64,000 nt of DNA from Heteronotia binoei (GCF_032191835.1 NC_083223.1:46438001-46502000), one strand, 5' to 3'. Shown: positions 12,166 to 24,444, counted from the first letter of the stretch. Notes: generated from the letters alone by a model not told the origin. Numbers and translations are program-made.

Positions 12166-13526
12166 TCCATTTCGGTAAAGGTGAGGGAGGGGCTAAATTA
12201 TACCACTTCCACCTACACCAAAGCCAGTTGAATGGAGACAGTTGTCTCTTCACGGAAATATCTAGTTACATATGCAAAGGAGTGGAACACCCTACACTGC
12301 AGCCATAGTCGGTATGTGGCAATGTGCAGGTTTTCAGATCAACCTTTCACAAGCTGAGCATTGTTGGGGTTCTAATCTCCATGTTCCTCCACCCATGCTG
12401 AGGTAGTCTGTACTAATTATTTGAATGGCCTGGATCAATTTGAATTTGCTTATATTGTCACTGTGCCATCCTACTTCAAAGGATGTAGAAGAATGTAACT
12501 GTGCTTAGGACTGCACTGTTAGAACTGACTTTTAGTGCCTTTACCAAACGTCTCAACTTGGATGAGGCTCTTGTCCTGCCATTATGACCCAATGGAACAC
12601 TGTACCGTGGCGGGTCCGACAAGTACACAGCAAAAGTTTAATTGCAGGATTTGCTTCTTCTTGCAAAATGTTGACCTTCATTCCTGTGCTTTCCAAGTTA
12701 TTTCATGCAGGGTACCTTAAGACCTAATAATAACTTGCTGTTGACTTTAACAGTTCCTTTTGTGATCTTAATGATCAGTATTGTGTTATACCACAAAGTT
12801 TGTTTTCAAATGACCATGGAAAGGAACAATGCAAACAAATTGCTTACCATAGGCGGTTAAAACACCTCCTATTGTTGCAAACCATGTGGATCCAGACAAA
12901 ACAAACGAGGAAATGAACTACGCTCTGGATGCCAACTTGGTCTAATTATTTAGAGTGTACTGGAACCCGTATGACAAGGGAAGGAACTGAAACACAGGAG
13001 GTTTTCACACAGAAATAGAGTTGTGTGGTCTCCCCTTTGCCAGTGTGGATGATACAGCACAGTAGCAACAAGGCATCCACATGGCAGATGACTCTGCTGT
13101 TTCCCTACCTCAATTTCCCAGCAGTGGCCACCCTCTACCCCTAGGCCACTGGGTCTTCCACAATTTTTTTTTAAATATCAAGCAGTAGAGTATTGTTGCC
13201 TCAATACACAGTTATGAGAATAGGTGTAACAAGTTCTCTGGATACCCAGCTTTCATGTTTAAAAACGTAACTCTCTAGCCCAGAGGTGACCAAACTCACT
13301 TAACATAAGAGCCACATGAAATAAACATAATGTGCTTGAGAGCTGCAGGATGGTAGGGAGGAAGGAAATAGATGAGGGAGAGAAGAGGGAGGGAGAGGTG
13401 GAAAGAAAGCAACTTTAAATGCATTCTCCAAGCCATTGACTGGCTTGGTTTGAAGAGATTTGGAGAGAGAAATGCCATCTCCTAGCTGACTGACAGGGCA
13501 GTGGGGACTTTGAGAGCCACACGATA

Positions 13527-14071
13527 GCCCTGTTCACACAGCGTGTCAAGTCCGTGTTAAACTGACCCGGTTCTGTTCCGAATATCTCTGTTCCAGATAT
13601 TATTGATCAGATTGCCATACTACAATTCGAATCACTCTGTGGTGAAACCGTCTTCTGCCGTCCACATGATGGCACCATGCAGTTCTTTTTTTCTCCACTT
13701 TTATGCACATGTGCATAGGTTAAAACATTATGTGGTCATGCGATTATGCGCATATCGCTAAGTAGTAAAAAAAAATGGAAACCGTAAACCAGATGTCTGA
13801 GGCTCCTTTTGCTCTGGGACAGCCTTCAGACATCTGGAAGTTGGTCGAGAACTATCCAGATGGGGAATCTACGAGGTGAAACTGGAGAACTAAAAAAACA
13901 CTGCAAAGGAGCAGGTAACAAAATACTCTGGTTCCGAGCAGGATTGGGGGGGGGGGGGGGGTGGCTACTACGACTTAATACCGGGAGGCAGATGTTGCTG
14001 TCTGATCAGCCACTTTTAATCCGGTATGAAACAGCAGCCACAACTGATTATATTGTGCGTCTGAACAGCCC
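13527..14071. mobile_element. Possible Harbinger-like non-autonomous element
   Basis: Imperfect TIR GCCCTGTTCACAC / GTCTGAACAGCCC; boundaries uncertain. Confidence 0.35.
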
Positions 14072-15510
14072 CAATATGTGTGAAAGAGCCACATGTGGCT
14101 CCTGAACCACAGTTTGGCCACCTCTGCTCTAGCCTTTCTGTTTTGGAAATATTTCTTTCTTCTTATATCTTTGCAAGGAAAGGTAATAGAGATTTACTTT
14201 TTAAAAATGAAAGCGGAGAAGTCAGAGAACCTGCTAAACATATAGTTACAATGGTATATCAGTATAATGATGTTCTGGTGCTGATTTAAACAAACAAATA
14301 AGAAAGCCCCCTGGTTGATGGAGATGGGAGGAAATGGCTGCTACGGGGACAAGGGCAGGAACAATCAGTGCTATGTGGGAAAGAGAACCAAAAGTTTTCC
14401 CATTTGCTTGGCAGCTGTGCAGGATTTACTGTGATCTTTCCCAAAACTTTGAAACAAAAAGGTTTGATAAGTATTGGAGAAAAGCCAGGAAGCAGCAGGA
14501 ATGTGCACAAACGTACTATGATGCCGTGAGGGAGCAGGGAAAAAACCCATTTTCCAACAGCATGAAACCAGTGTGAGTTAGGCAATTTCTGCATAAGTTA
14601 TTTGCCACAAGTTCGATGCTGCAATAGGGCTTATTTTTAAAATCAGCAAGTGACTATCATTATAACAATGTGTCAATCTGGTTCTTTGAATTCCCAGCCC
14701 CTTTTGTTGCCGATATATACCTTTCCCTTCATATCCATACAATGAAAGGAGCTACCGACTTACTTAAAAAAAAAGAAGCTGGGAATTCAGAGAATCTGAT
14801 TCACAATGTTGTAACAATATAGCAACATTTTGAGGCTTGCAGCCTGGTTTGCCTCCCAGGGAGGGTGGAGTCAATATTCGCCCGTTTGGGCGCACAAGGC
14901 TGTGGGCGGGGCCTGGCTGTTTTAACGGCCAGACCTCCGCTCTTCATCATCAGTCCATTGGACGATCGGAGGACATCGGGGGATATATCGTTGGGTTGTT
15001 TGTGTTCACGGAGGCCTCCCTGACTTCGGATGCGTCAGAGGAGCGTTTGGGGGTGGCTACGTGGTTCGGTGGCTGCTGGAGGCTCCGCTGTGTGTTTTTG
15101 GGCTTCCGAAGGCTTTGGGAGAGCGGCGGAAGGCTTGGCGGCGGCAGTGGCTTCTTTGTCGGGCTGAGTGTTTCCCTGGGCTGGAGGGTCTGCCGCGGCT
15201 TTGTTTGGGAAGTTTTCCTGTGAGCCTGGGGTGGTCTGCTCTCCCTTTTTTCCAGTGAGGTGGCTTTGGGGGGTAGGCTGGTGGTCCTAGGTGGGGTAGA
15301 TGCTGATTTTGGCTGTTGGGGGCTGCCTTTCCCTGAAGAGGGTTGGGTGGAGTTGGCCATTTTAAGTACCCTTCTTGTGTAAAGGGTAGCTGCCATTGTG
15401 GTTAAGGACTGGTGAACGGCCATTTTGAGTCCCTCTCTTGTAATAGGGGAGGCAGCCATTTCAGGGAGCTCTTGGAGCGGCCATTTTGTGTGTGCTATTT
15501 GACTGAAAGA

Positions 15511-16857
15511 ATGTCAGGTGGTAAGGGGTCAGGCAGGTCCAAGGGCAAGAAGCCAGTGCCTAAAACGCCTAGGGCTCCTGCTAAGAGGTCTCCACCCCCG
15601 TTATCCTCTTCTGATGAGGAGGGTGATGCAGTAGTAGACGCCAATATTAGACGTAGGTTGCGGGCTTTGGAGCAGGCGTCAGGCATTCCTTCTCCAGGAG
15701 GGGTGGAGGGGGATAGGGACTCTAGGAGGGGGCAGCAAGCTAATATACTAACCAGGCTGTCTATCCTTGAGGGCAGGTCTGGTGGAGTTGTAGCTGACAG
15801 GGATGCTGGTTCCAGTGGTACAGATGTGGGTGCTGTGTCGGCGGCTGAAGCATCTGGAATTGGATCGTCTTTGGTTCCCACTGGAATTGCAGGTAAGTCC
15901 GGGAACAATTGGCAGGCTGGCGTTGGGCAGGCGTGGCCATGGGGACCATGGGGTCCTGCCTTGATGGCTGGGCAGGGTTACCCTTCTGTGAGTGCGGGGG
16001 TGCCTGTTTCCTCTGGGGCGGGGTCCCTGTCAAACTGGGCTTGGCCTAGCGGGCAAGGGGGCCCTTGCGGGGCTTGCGCGGGTGTGGGGCACCCGGGTAT
16101 GGCAGGTTCTCTTATGGGCGCACCTTCTCCTTATGGGATGGTGCCTTTTACATCTTTGCCCTTTGGGAATGTCGCCTTACCGTTAGCGGATCACTTGCTT
16201 TTGGCAACCAGGGAGAAAATCCTGAAAGGGGAGTACGTTGACATATTTTATCTGCTCTTTCAAGAGTTGGAGAAAAAAGATAAGGAGGAGTTGGATGAGA
16301 AGGCGAAGGAGAAATTAAAAAAGTGAAAGGTGGATAGGACCTGGGCAAATTGGCTCCTGGGGGGTTGTATTTATGCCGGGGCGATTGCCCCGGCACAGCT
16401 TTGGCGGGCAGCTGCCCTTTTCCAATATTTGGATATAATTTATAAGGTCTATACGACATTTAGCGGCCCTGCCTGGTTACAGTATGATCAGGAATTTCAG
16501 ATGAGGGCTGCCCTGTATCCGTTTCTTCAGTGGGACTGTATCCATCAGCAGCTGTGGCTGCAGGTCATGTCCCTGGCTAGGCCTAACTTGGGTGATCGCT
16601 CAGATAGCGGTCACCTGGTGAGCAGGTCATCCACAACATCTTTGACTTCATCAGGCTCTCCCCGCGGTTCAGCAGGGCAGGCAGTTCAACCCCACTTGCT
16701 CTGCTGGGAATTTGGCTCTCTGGGAGTGTGTAGCAGGAAGGCTTGCCAGTTCAAGCATGAATGCCTTTTGTGTGGTGGGTCCCACTCCTTTGACAGCTGC
16801 CCCAGAGCTCGGGGACATAAGAATGCAAAGAAGCCTGGTGGGGGTGGAGGATCCTAA
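15511..16857 (+). pseudogene. Ngaro gag-like ORF1
   Basis: ATG at 15511; one in-frame TGA at 16324 (likely CGA>TGA); DIRS-group gag motifs (ILKGEYVDIF, WLQYDQEFQMRAA) and C-terminal CCCH plus CCHC zinc fingers (CWEFGSLGVCSRKACQFKHECLLCGGSHSFDSC). Confidence 0.85.
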
Positions 16858-18471
16858 CAAGCTAAAAAAGGGGTCCAGCCCAGTAAGGGTGGGGCCTCTT
16901 GAGCATTGGTTGTCAAGTTACCCTCAAAGGGCGGACAGTTTGTATTTGTTGGAAGGTTTTAAAGTTGGTTTTAGGATCCCTTTTCGGGGGTCCCGAGTCC
17001 CATTTATGTCTGGGAACCTTAAGTCAGTTAAGGGCTTGGAACAGGTTGTTAGAGACAAGATTACCAAGGAGTTGGCGGAGGGCAGGATCTTGGGTCCTTT
17101 TTTACAACCTCCAGTGGGTAATCTTAGGGTCTCGCCATTGGGCATGGTGCCGAAAAAGGCGCCTGCTGAATTTCATTTGATTCACCATCTCTCCTTCCCC
17201 AGGGGGAAGTCTGTGAATGATGGGATTCCAAAGCACTTATGCTCAGTTAGGTATACCAGCCTCGACCAGGCGGTAGCCGTGGTGAGACGCTGCAGGGTGG
17301 GCGCAGAGTTGGCAAAATGCGATATTAAGTCTGCATTTCGCCTTCTACCAGTGCATCCCGATAATTTCGAGCTTCTGGGGTTTTCTTTTGAGGGCCAGTT
17401 TTACATGGATAGAGCATTGCCTATGGGCTGCTCTGTATCATGTTCCACTTTCGAGTGTTTCAGCACATTGTTGGAATGGGCTGTGCGGGAGAAAGTGGGT
17501 TTACAGGGTGTCGTTCATTATTTGGATGACTACCTGTTTGTGGGTCCCAAGGGGACTGGGCATTGTGCGCAGCTGCTGTCTGGCTTTATAGAGCTGGCGG
17601 CGGAGCTTGGGGTCCCTTTGGCTCCAGAGAAAACGGAGGGTCTGACCCAAAAGTTGACATTTTGGGGGATTGAAATTGATACTGTGGTGCAGCTGTCCAG
17701 GTTACCTCTTCAAAAGATAATTGAGTTGAGGGCTAGGATTTCTGCCTTTCTTTTTAAAAAGAAGGTTACCTTCTTAGAGTTGCAGCAGTTAGTGGGGCAT
17801 CTCAACTTTGAGTGCAAAGTGGTTGCTCCAGGGAGGGCTTTTCTTAGAAGGCTCTGTGATGCTATGGCAGGGTTACGCTTGCTTCAGCATAGAACACAGG
17901 TTACCTGCAGCATGAGGGATGATTTGAGGGTTTGGCAGGAATTTTTGGAGTCCTTCAATGGAGTCTCCTTCTGGAGAGAGGACTTGAAGCTTGAAGCTGA
18001 GCTCCAGGTTATGTCTGATGCTGCAGGGTCTTTGGGTTTTGGAGTCTATTTCCGCAGACATTGGTGCGCGGAGGTTGGCCTGACTCCTGGATACAGGTAG
18101 GTGTGAACCGAGACCTTACGTTTCTCGAGTTCTTTCCCATTTTAGTCGCGGTTTGGCTTTGGGGGAAGGATATGGCCAATCACACTGTTCATTTTTGGTG
18201 TGATAATATGCCGTTGGTCCATGTCATTAATTCCCTTTCATCCAAATCCCGGCGGGTTATGAGGTTGGTGAGGGCCTTCACTCTGCGTTGTTTGCGGCTT
18301 AATATTTTGTTTTTAGCCAAGCATGTTCCTGGGGTGAGTAACGGGGTGGCTGACACTCTCTCTTGTAAACAGACAGAGAGGTTTCGTCAGCTGGCCCCAG
18401 ATGCCAACAGAGAGACAGTGCCAATGCCCCAGGAGCTATGGCTGATTGGAGAGCCGAGGCCTGCAGAGTGA
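16712..18471 (+). pseudogene. Ngaro reverse transcriptase / RNase H
   Basis: Motifs DIKSAFRLLPV, LPMG, HYLDDYLF; RNase H SDAAGSLGFG, FLEFFPI, WCDN, HVPGVSNGVADTLS; frameshift near 18076. Confidence 0.92.
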
Positions 18472-19353
18472 TAGGCCTAGCCATTGCGCCTAGCACCAGG
18501 AAGTCTTACAAACGGGCTGTGCGGCAGTTTGAAGACTTTAGGGCTGAGGTAGGGTACCGCATTGTTTGGCCATTCCCGGTGGAGCAGTTGCTCCACTACT
18601 GTGTTTTGCTTCGAGGTAAGGGATTGGCCGTGTGATCCATTAGGGGGCGCTTGTCTGCACTGGCTTTTGTCAGTAAGGTGCTGGGTTATAGGGAGGAAAC
18701 AGCTGATTTTCATATTTGAAAGATGCTGGAGGGGTGGGCCAGAGAGGCCGGACCCCGGGCAAATACGCGGAATTCTATGTCTCCATCGATTCTGCGGGAT
18801 TTGAAGGGGATTTGGGGTGTGGTGTGTACTTCTTCTTTTGAAGCATGTTTGTTCCATTCCGCGTCTTTGGTAGCCTTTTTTGGGGCCCTTAGAGTCAGCG
18901 AGCTGGTGGCACAGTCCAGAAACAATGTTTCTGGTAAAGCTCTGTTGTTAGGGGACCTGAAGCTATCTGAGGGTAAGGCAGTCATTACTGTCCATCGCTC
19001 TGAGATGGATCAGTTGCAGAAAGGTACCATACTTGAGTTGCGTAGTTGTTCAGAGCTTGAGCTGTGTCCAGTTGCTGCGTTGGCTGCTTATTTGGCAGTC
19101 TGGGGGCTCAAGGAGGGGTTTTTGTTTTGCCATTATGATGGTAGCCCGTTGACGAAACATCAGTTTTGGGCGGTGACGTCACGGGCTTTAGGTGAGCTGG
19201 GGTTGGCTAGGGTGCGGTTTGGGACCCACTCCTTTACGATTGGGGCAGGCTTGACAGCTGCCGCCATGGGGTATCCTTCCTCCTCCATTCAGCACTTGGG
19301 CCGTTAGCATTCGACGGCCTACATCTTATGTTCGACCGTTCCTCAGGCCTTAA
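18438..19353 (+). pseudogene. Ngaro tyrosine recombinase
   Basis: APSTRKSY N-terminal motif, AFFGALRVSEL, HSFTIG (normally HSFRIG), LGR*...SYVR; several stops and a frameshift. Confidence 0.9.
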
Positions 19354-19410
19354 GTAGCTTGTTTGTTGCGCTGTTTGGTTATGTTCTCGTTTAACTGTTT
19401 TTTCTCTTTA

Positions 19411-20013
19411 GATACTGTTGTTCCTGGCCAGAGGAACCGAGTTCTCGTCTGTGGCCATAGCCACGTGTTTTGGGCCGCTCATCAGGCGCGGAGAACTTTG
19501 GTCGGCTCTCAGCTGGGACTCAGCCAACATGTTTATATTGAATGGTGGGGGTGCCGGGGCCTTCAGTGACTGGGCCTGCTGCCCTTGTTATTTCAAGATA
19601 GTGTGGGTCCTCCTCCTCAGGTTTTAATTGTTCACCTGGGAGGCAATGATCTAGGGCTTTTAAAGGGCAAGGCCTTAGTTTGGCAGACCTGAGATGATTT
19701 TCAGTATATTAGGGAGTGATGGCCAGGGACCACTATAATTTGGTCAGCCATGCTGCCCCGCCTTGTTTGGTGCTGTGCTTGGGACCCTGCAGCTATTGAG
19801 AGGGCCTGGTATAAGGCTAATAAGGAGTTTAAGAAGGTATTGGAAAGGGGGTTGGGCCATTATCTGCCCCATCTGAACATTTCGTCGAAATTTCCTGACC
19901 TCTACAGAGGGGATGGGGTGCATCTCTCAGAAAAGGGTAATAGGCTTTTCCTGAGAGATTTGCGGCAGGGGTTGTGGGGGGCTTTGGGCGTCCCGGTAGG
20001 CGCTAAGCCCTAA
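19411..20013 (+). pseudogene. SGNH/GDSL hydrolase ORF of the Ngaro element
   Basis: One frame with blocks VCGHSH (I), GCRG (II), HLGGNDL (III), GDGVHL (V); three in-frame TGA at 19567, 19690, 19717; no ATG at its start. Confidence 0.85.
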
Positions 20014-20793
20014 GTAGAGACTTGGCCTTAGTAGTGGCAGGTTTTTGTGGTTTAGGGCACTATGCAGCTGGGGGAGAACTGTGAAGCATCCCCCTTTTAA
20101 GGAATTAGGGGTCTGGCATGATCAACCTTGGGGTTTGGTGACCCGGGGTGTGGCGAATGCAGACCGTCCTGGAGGCTTGACTAGAGGGTGCCTTTCCGTC
20201 GAGATGTGCGTCTGGGTTTGGGCCCTCTGGTGTGTGCCTCCCTGCTGAGCCTGCCTGGTGGGAGCTGAGTCACACAGCTCCAACTAAGGGGCTGGGTCTC
20301 TCGCCCGCTAATGGCAGGGGAGCAGTCTCGGTGACCCCTAGCCCTGGCCAGGCCGCTGGTTGGGTGCCCTTGCTATTTATTATGATATTTAATAAAGTGG
20401 CCCAATTTTATACCAATGTATTGTGTCTGACTCTTTATTCTGACCTTGGGGGGCAATCAATTTCCAATGTAAGATTAAAAGTGAAAAAGACAAGTAGTAC
20501 AGAGGGAGGGGAATTCCAGGATACTCAAGGGAGGAAAAATGCAAGGAAATCTTTCATGTAAAAGCATCATTTGTGCTGTATCAGCAACCACATCAGCAAC
20601 AGAGAAATCACATAAGCCTCTTCCTGTGTGGAAAACACCATATTCCAGTAGGCATACACCATAAGATGTCTTATTTCTACTTGCTTATGATGACATTTTT
20701 ATTCTTATTTTATAAATAAACTGATTAAACATGCAAATCCAAACATACAATATTGATATATATAAAAATTTGACTGAAAGCTTTTAAAGGGAG

Positions 20794-20981
20794 CAGGGCC
20801 GGATCTGGGGGAGGGGCAGAGGGGGGTGCTTGCCCAGGGTGCCGATGGGGTGTGTGTGCCAAATTGGGTATGGAGTCCATTGTATTCTATGGGACCATAA
20901 GACAGAATGGCCCATAAGTAGGCATCATTTTTTAATTTTGTCTCCCCCCCCCCCCTCAAAAAACATGTAGATCCGGTCCTG
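20794..20981. mobile_element. hAT MITE
   Basis: TIR CAGGGCCGGATCT...AGATCCGGTCCTG; perfect 8-bp TSD AAAGGGAG. Confidence 0.9.
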
Positions 20982-21222
20982 AAAGGGAGATTCTGATATC
21001 AAATATATAAACATATCTTGTTAAAAAAATTGCAGCAAAAGGCACAATGTTATAATGGTATTTGATCACATGATATAATGGTATTTCCTTCTAATCAAGG
21101 GTACATTGTACAAGCTTTGGATCTGTGCTTTGTTTCTATCGTACAACCAAAAGGTTCAAAACTTGGGGCAGGGGAAACAAGGGGCTCATTGGAACTTCTA
21201 CATTGACATTAAGCAATGAGAA

Positions 21223-23323
21223 CGGGACGAAGCAATGAGAACATCCTACAGAACGTTTATGAAGTCTTATGAGATGGCAGTCAAGGCTGCAAAGAAAGAT
21301 TACTTTGCAACCAAGATTGCATCTGCAAACTCGTGCCCAGCACAATTATTTAGAATAATTGGGGATCTTATAACGCTGCCACAAGGCAAACCAAATGTTA
21401 GAGAATTAGAAATAGGCTGTGAGGCATTTGCAAGATATTTTGCAGATAAAATCTCGTTGCTCCGCCAAGACCTGCCTACCACCTTGGACACAGTGAGTGA
21501 AATTGAGGCTCCGTGCCTGTCTTCGGGTTTAGTGCTGGACCACTTCGACCCACTCAGCCTGGAGGAAGTCGACAGAATCCTCTCTGCTGCTCGCCCGACA
21601 ACATGTGATCTGGACCCTTGCCCCTCTTGGCTGATTAAATCTTGCCAGGGGGAGCTTAGATGTCCTTTACGGGACATCATAAACAGGTCCCTCTTAGAGG
21701 GGCACTTTCCAACACCTCTGAAAGAGGCCTTGGTCCGCCCTCTCTTGAAAAAAGCTACAGCAGACCCGGCCGAATTGGCGAACTACCGACCGGTGTCTAA
21801 CTTACCGTTTTTAGGTAAAATTATTGAGAGGGCCGTGGCGTTGCAGCTTCAGAGGTTTCTGGATGACGCTTCTGTCCTGGACCCATGTCAGTCAGGCTTC
21901 CGGCCGGGCCATGGGACGGAGACGGTGTTGGTCGCCTTGGTAGATGACCTCCAACGGCAACTGGATCGAGGCGGCGTTGCGGTGCTGATGTTGTTAGATC
22001 TGTCGGCTGCATTTGATACAGTCGACCATCGGCTACTGACGCGCCGCCTCGCCGACATTGGGGTTGAGGGGTCGGCCTTGCAATGGCTTTCCTCCTTCCT
22101 CCTGGGTCGGGGACAGAGGGTGGCTATTGGGGGGGAACGGTCCCGGAGGCGCACACTGGATTGTGGGGTGCCTCAGGGAGCAGTGCTCTCCCCGATGTTG
22201 TTCAACATCTATATGCGCCCCCTTGCCCAGATTGCCCAGCGGTTTGGGCTGGGTTGCCATCAATATGCAGATGACACCCAGCTCTCTCTACTAATGGACG
22301 GCTGGCCCGACCCCGCACCAGGGAATCTCGACTGGGCCTTACAGGCTGTTGCGACATGGCTCAGGCTGAGTGGGCTGAAGCTGAACCCAGCGAAGACAGA
22401 GGTTCTTTGCGTGGGTCGCGGCGCTCTGGGAAGGGAAATAGCTCTCCCGGCCTTCGATGGTGCGCTATTGAAAGCGGCGCACCAGGTAAAGAGCCTGGGT
22501 GTTTTACTGGAGCCTTCATTATCGATGGAGGCCCAGATAGCAGCCACTGCCAAGTCAGCATTCTTTCATCTGAAGCGGGCAAGGCAGTTGGCCCCTTTCC
22601 TTGAGCGCCGGGACCTCGCAACAGTGATCCACGCAACGGTCACCTCAAGACTAGACTACTGTAACGCCCTCTACTTGGGGCTACCTCTGTGCCAGACTCG
22701 GAGACTGCAGCTAGTGCAGAACGCGGCGGCCAGGCTGTTGTTGGGACTCCCAAAACGGGAACATATACGGCCGGGGCTCCGAGAACTGCACTGGCTGCCG
22801 ATTATATACTGGGTCCAGTACAAAGTGTTGGTCATCACCTTTAAAGCCTTATATGGCCGAGGACCTGCCTACCTGAGGGACCGTCTTTCCCCATATGAAC
22901 CCCAGAGAGCACTGAGGTCAGTTGGGAAAAATCTAATGACCATCCCTGGGCCGAAGGAGATTAAATACCAGAACACTAGAGCACAGGCATTCTCAATCGC
23001 GGCCCCTACCCTGTGGAACCGACTCCCCGAGGAGGTGCGGGCCCTGTGGAACCTCGATCAGTTCCGCAGGGCCTGCAAGACCGTCCTTTTTAAACTTGCA
23101 CACTTGGACTGCTAGGAAGATCGGTAACTAAGATCTGCCAATGCAGTTTGAAGATCTATACCGCCGAATAACTGTACTTATTAGATTGGTTCTTAATAAC
23201 AAGTTTATTGTTAATGTTTTATATTGTTAAATATAAAGGCTTTTATCCATTATTGTATGTTCCCATAAAATGTTGTTAGCCGCCCTGAGCCTGCCGAGGT
23301 GGGGAGGGCGGGATAGAAATAAA

Positions 23324-23389
<66 letters not shown>
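21223..23389 (+). mobile_element. L2 LINE, 5'-truncated, with open RT frame (21235-23115)
   Basis: RT motifs QSGFRPGHGTET, LDLSAAFDTVDH, GVPQGAVLSP, YADDTQ; L2 C-terminus HWLPI...KALYG.GP.YL; 3' stem-loop CCGCCCT...AGGGCGG and (ATT)n tail. Confidence 0.93.
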
Positions 23390-23391
<2 letters not shown>

Positions 23392-23981
23392 TTCAGCTAA
23401 AAGAATAACCTTCTGAAACCCTGTTGGGAAGTATGGGGAAACTACACAAAACTGCATTCTGCTTTGATCACATGCTAGACAAACTATTCAACTATTCAAC
23501 TTCCAGGGGTAGATTTTGGATTTGAAAAGTGTCTAACACAGCAGGTGGGTATTCATGTTTTCCCAGAGCATGGAAGTCTCAGGTACCACTGAAAAAACTT
23601 GGCACAAAAATATTTCCCTGAGCTTATTTAAGGGTAAACAATACAATGCCATTTTAAATGTATTCACAGAGTCAGAATTGAAAATGTGACAGGCTAAAGC
23701 TTTAACATTTGAAATGCTCCAAATTGCTGTTAGTTTACTTATTTCAGGTGATTATAGCCTGCTTTTCTCAATGTGAACTCAAAATGGCTTACAATACAAG
23801 AAGAACAGCAAACTGTCAAATAGAACAAGTCTACCTGTCAACTGAAGGGCTTGAGAGGAGCCAAGCAGAGGCAGTAGCTTTGCCCTCAGTGTAAACAAGA
23901 CCCTCCACAAGTTCCCTTTCTTACTTGCCCTGGGCCTTCCCATGACTGTTCCATTCTTTTACAAACAGTGATGTTTTTCAC

Positions 23982-24444
23982 CAGGGCTTTTTTTTGTTAA
24001 AGAAAAGCCCAGCAGGAACTCATTTGCACATTAAGCCACACCCCCATGATGTCATCGGAAGTGATGTCACCCATTCAGTAAGTTACTTTCTGCGTATTGA
24101 CACAGAACAGTCCAGTGCCATCAACTGCATTTCATGGATGTGTGGTCTCACACAGCCCAACGAGAGGCCTTGTTTTGCCTCCAAAAAAACACGGCCAGAG
24201 AGAGCCATGTGCGGCAGAGTGGGGAGCTCCCAGGAGGGGGGCACTCTTGGGCGGCTCTGCATCTCTCACTTTCTTTGCAAGCCTGTTGGAGGCTGCAGGC
24301 AGCAGACAGGATGGAGTGTACAGTCTGGGAGCATGTGGCTGTCTAGTGCCTTCCCTCTGCTGGAGATCTTTTTTTGAGCCGAAGTCCTAGCCAAGCCAGC
24401 CAGAACTGTGTTCCTGTGCGTTCCTGCTCAAAAAAAGGGGCCTG
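23982..24444 (+). mobile_element. hAT element, CAGGGCTTTTTT family, with about 330 bp internal sequence
   Basis: Family ends plus perfect 8-bp TSD TTTTTCAC (23974-23981, 24445-24452). Confidence 0.88.

Larger units (their letters stand above)
14837..20455 (+). mobile_element. Ngaro-type tyrosine-recombinase retrotransposon with SGNH hydrolase ORF, degenerate
   Basis: Order gag - overlapping RT/RNase H - YR - SGNH, no methyltransferase seen; GC-rich block in AT-rich flanks; AATAAA near 20391. Ends approximate. Confidence 0.9.

Noticed and set aside
14268-14284. Possible REST/RE1 site upstream of KCNF1 (TCAGCACC on the minus strand)
   Set aside because: Only the left half-site matches; the GGACAG half is missing.
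14950-16459. Antisense and alternative-frame ORFs over the Ngaro 5' region
   Set aside because: GC-rich shadow frames of gag with no motifs; similar shadows occur over both L2 copies.
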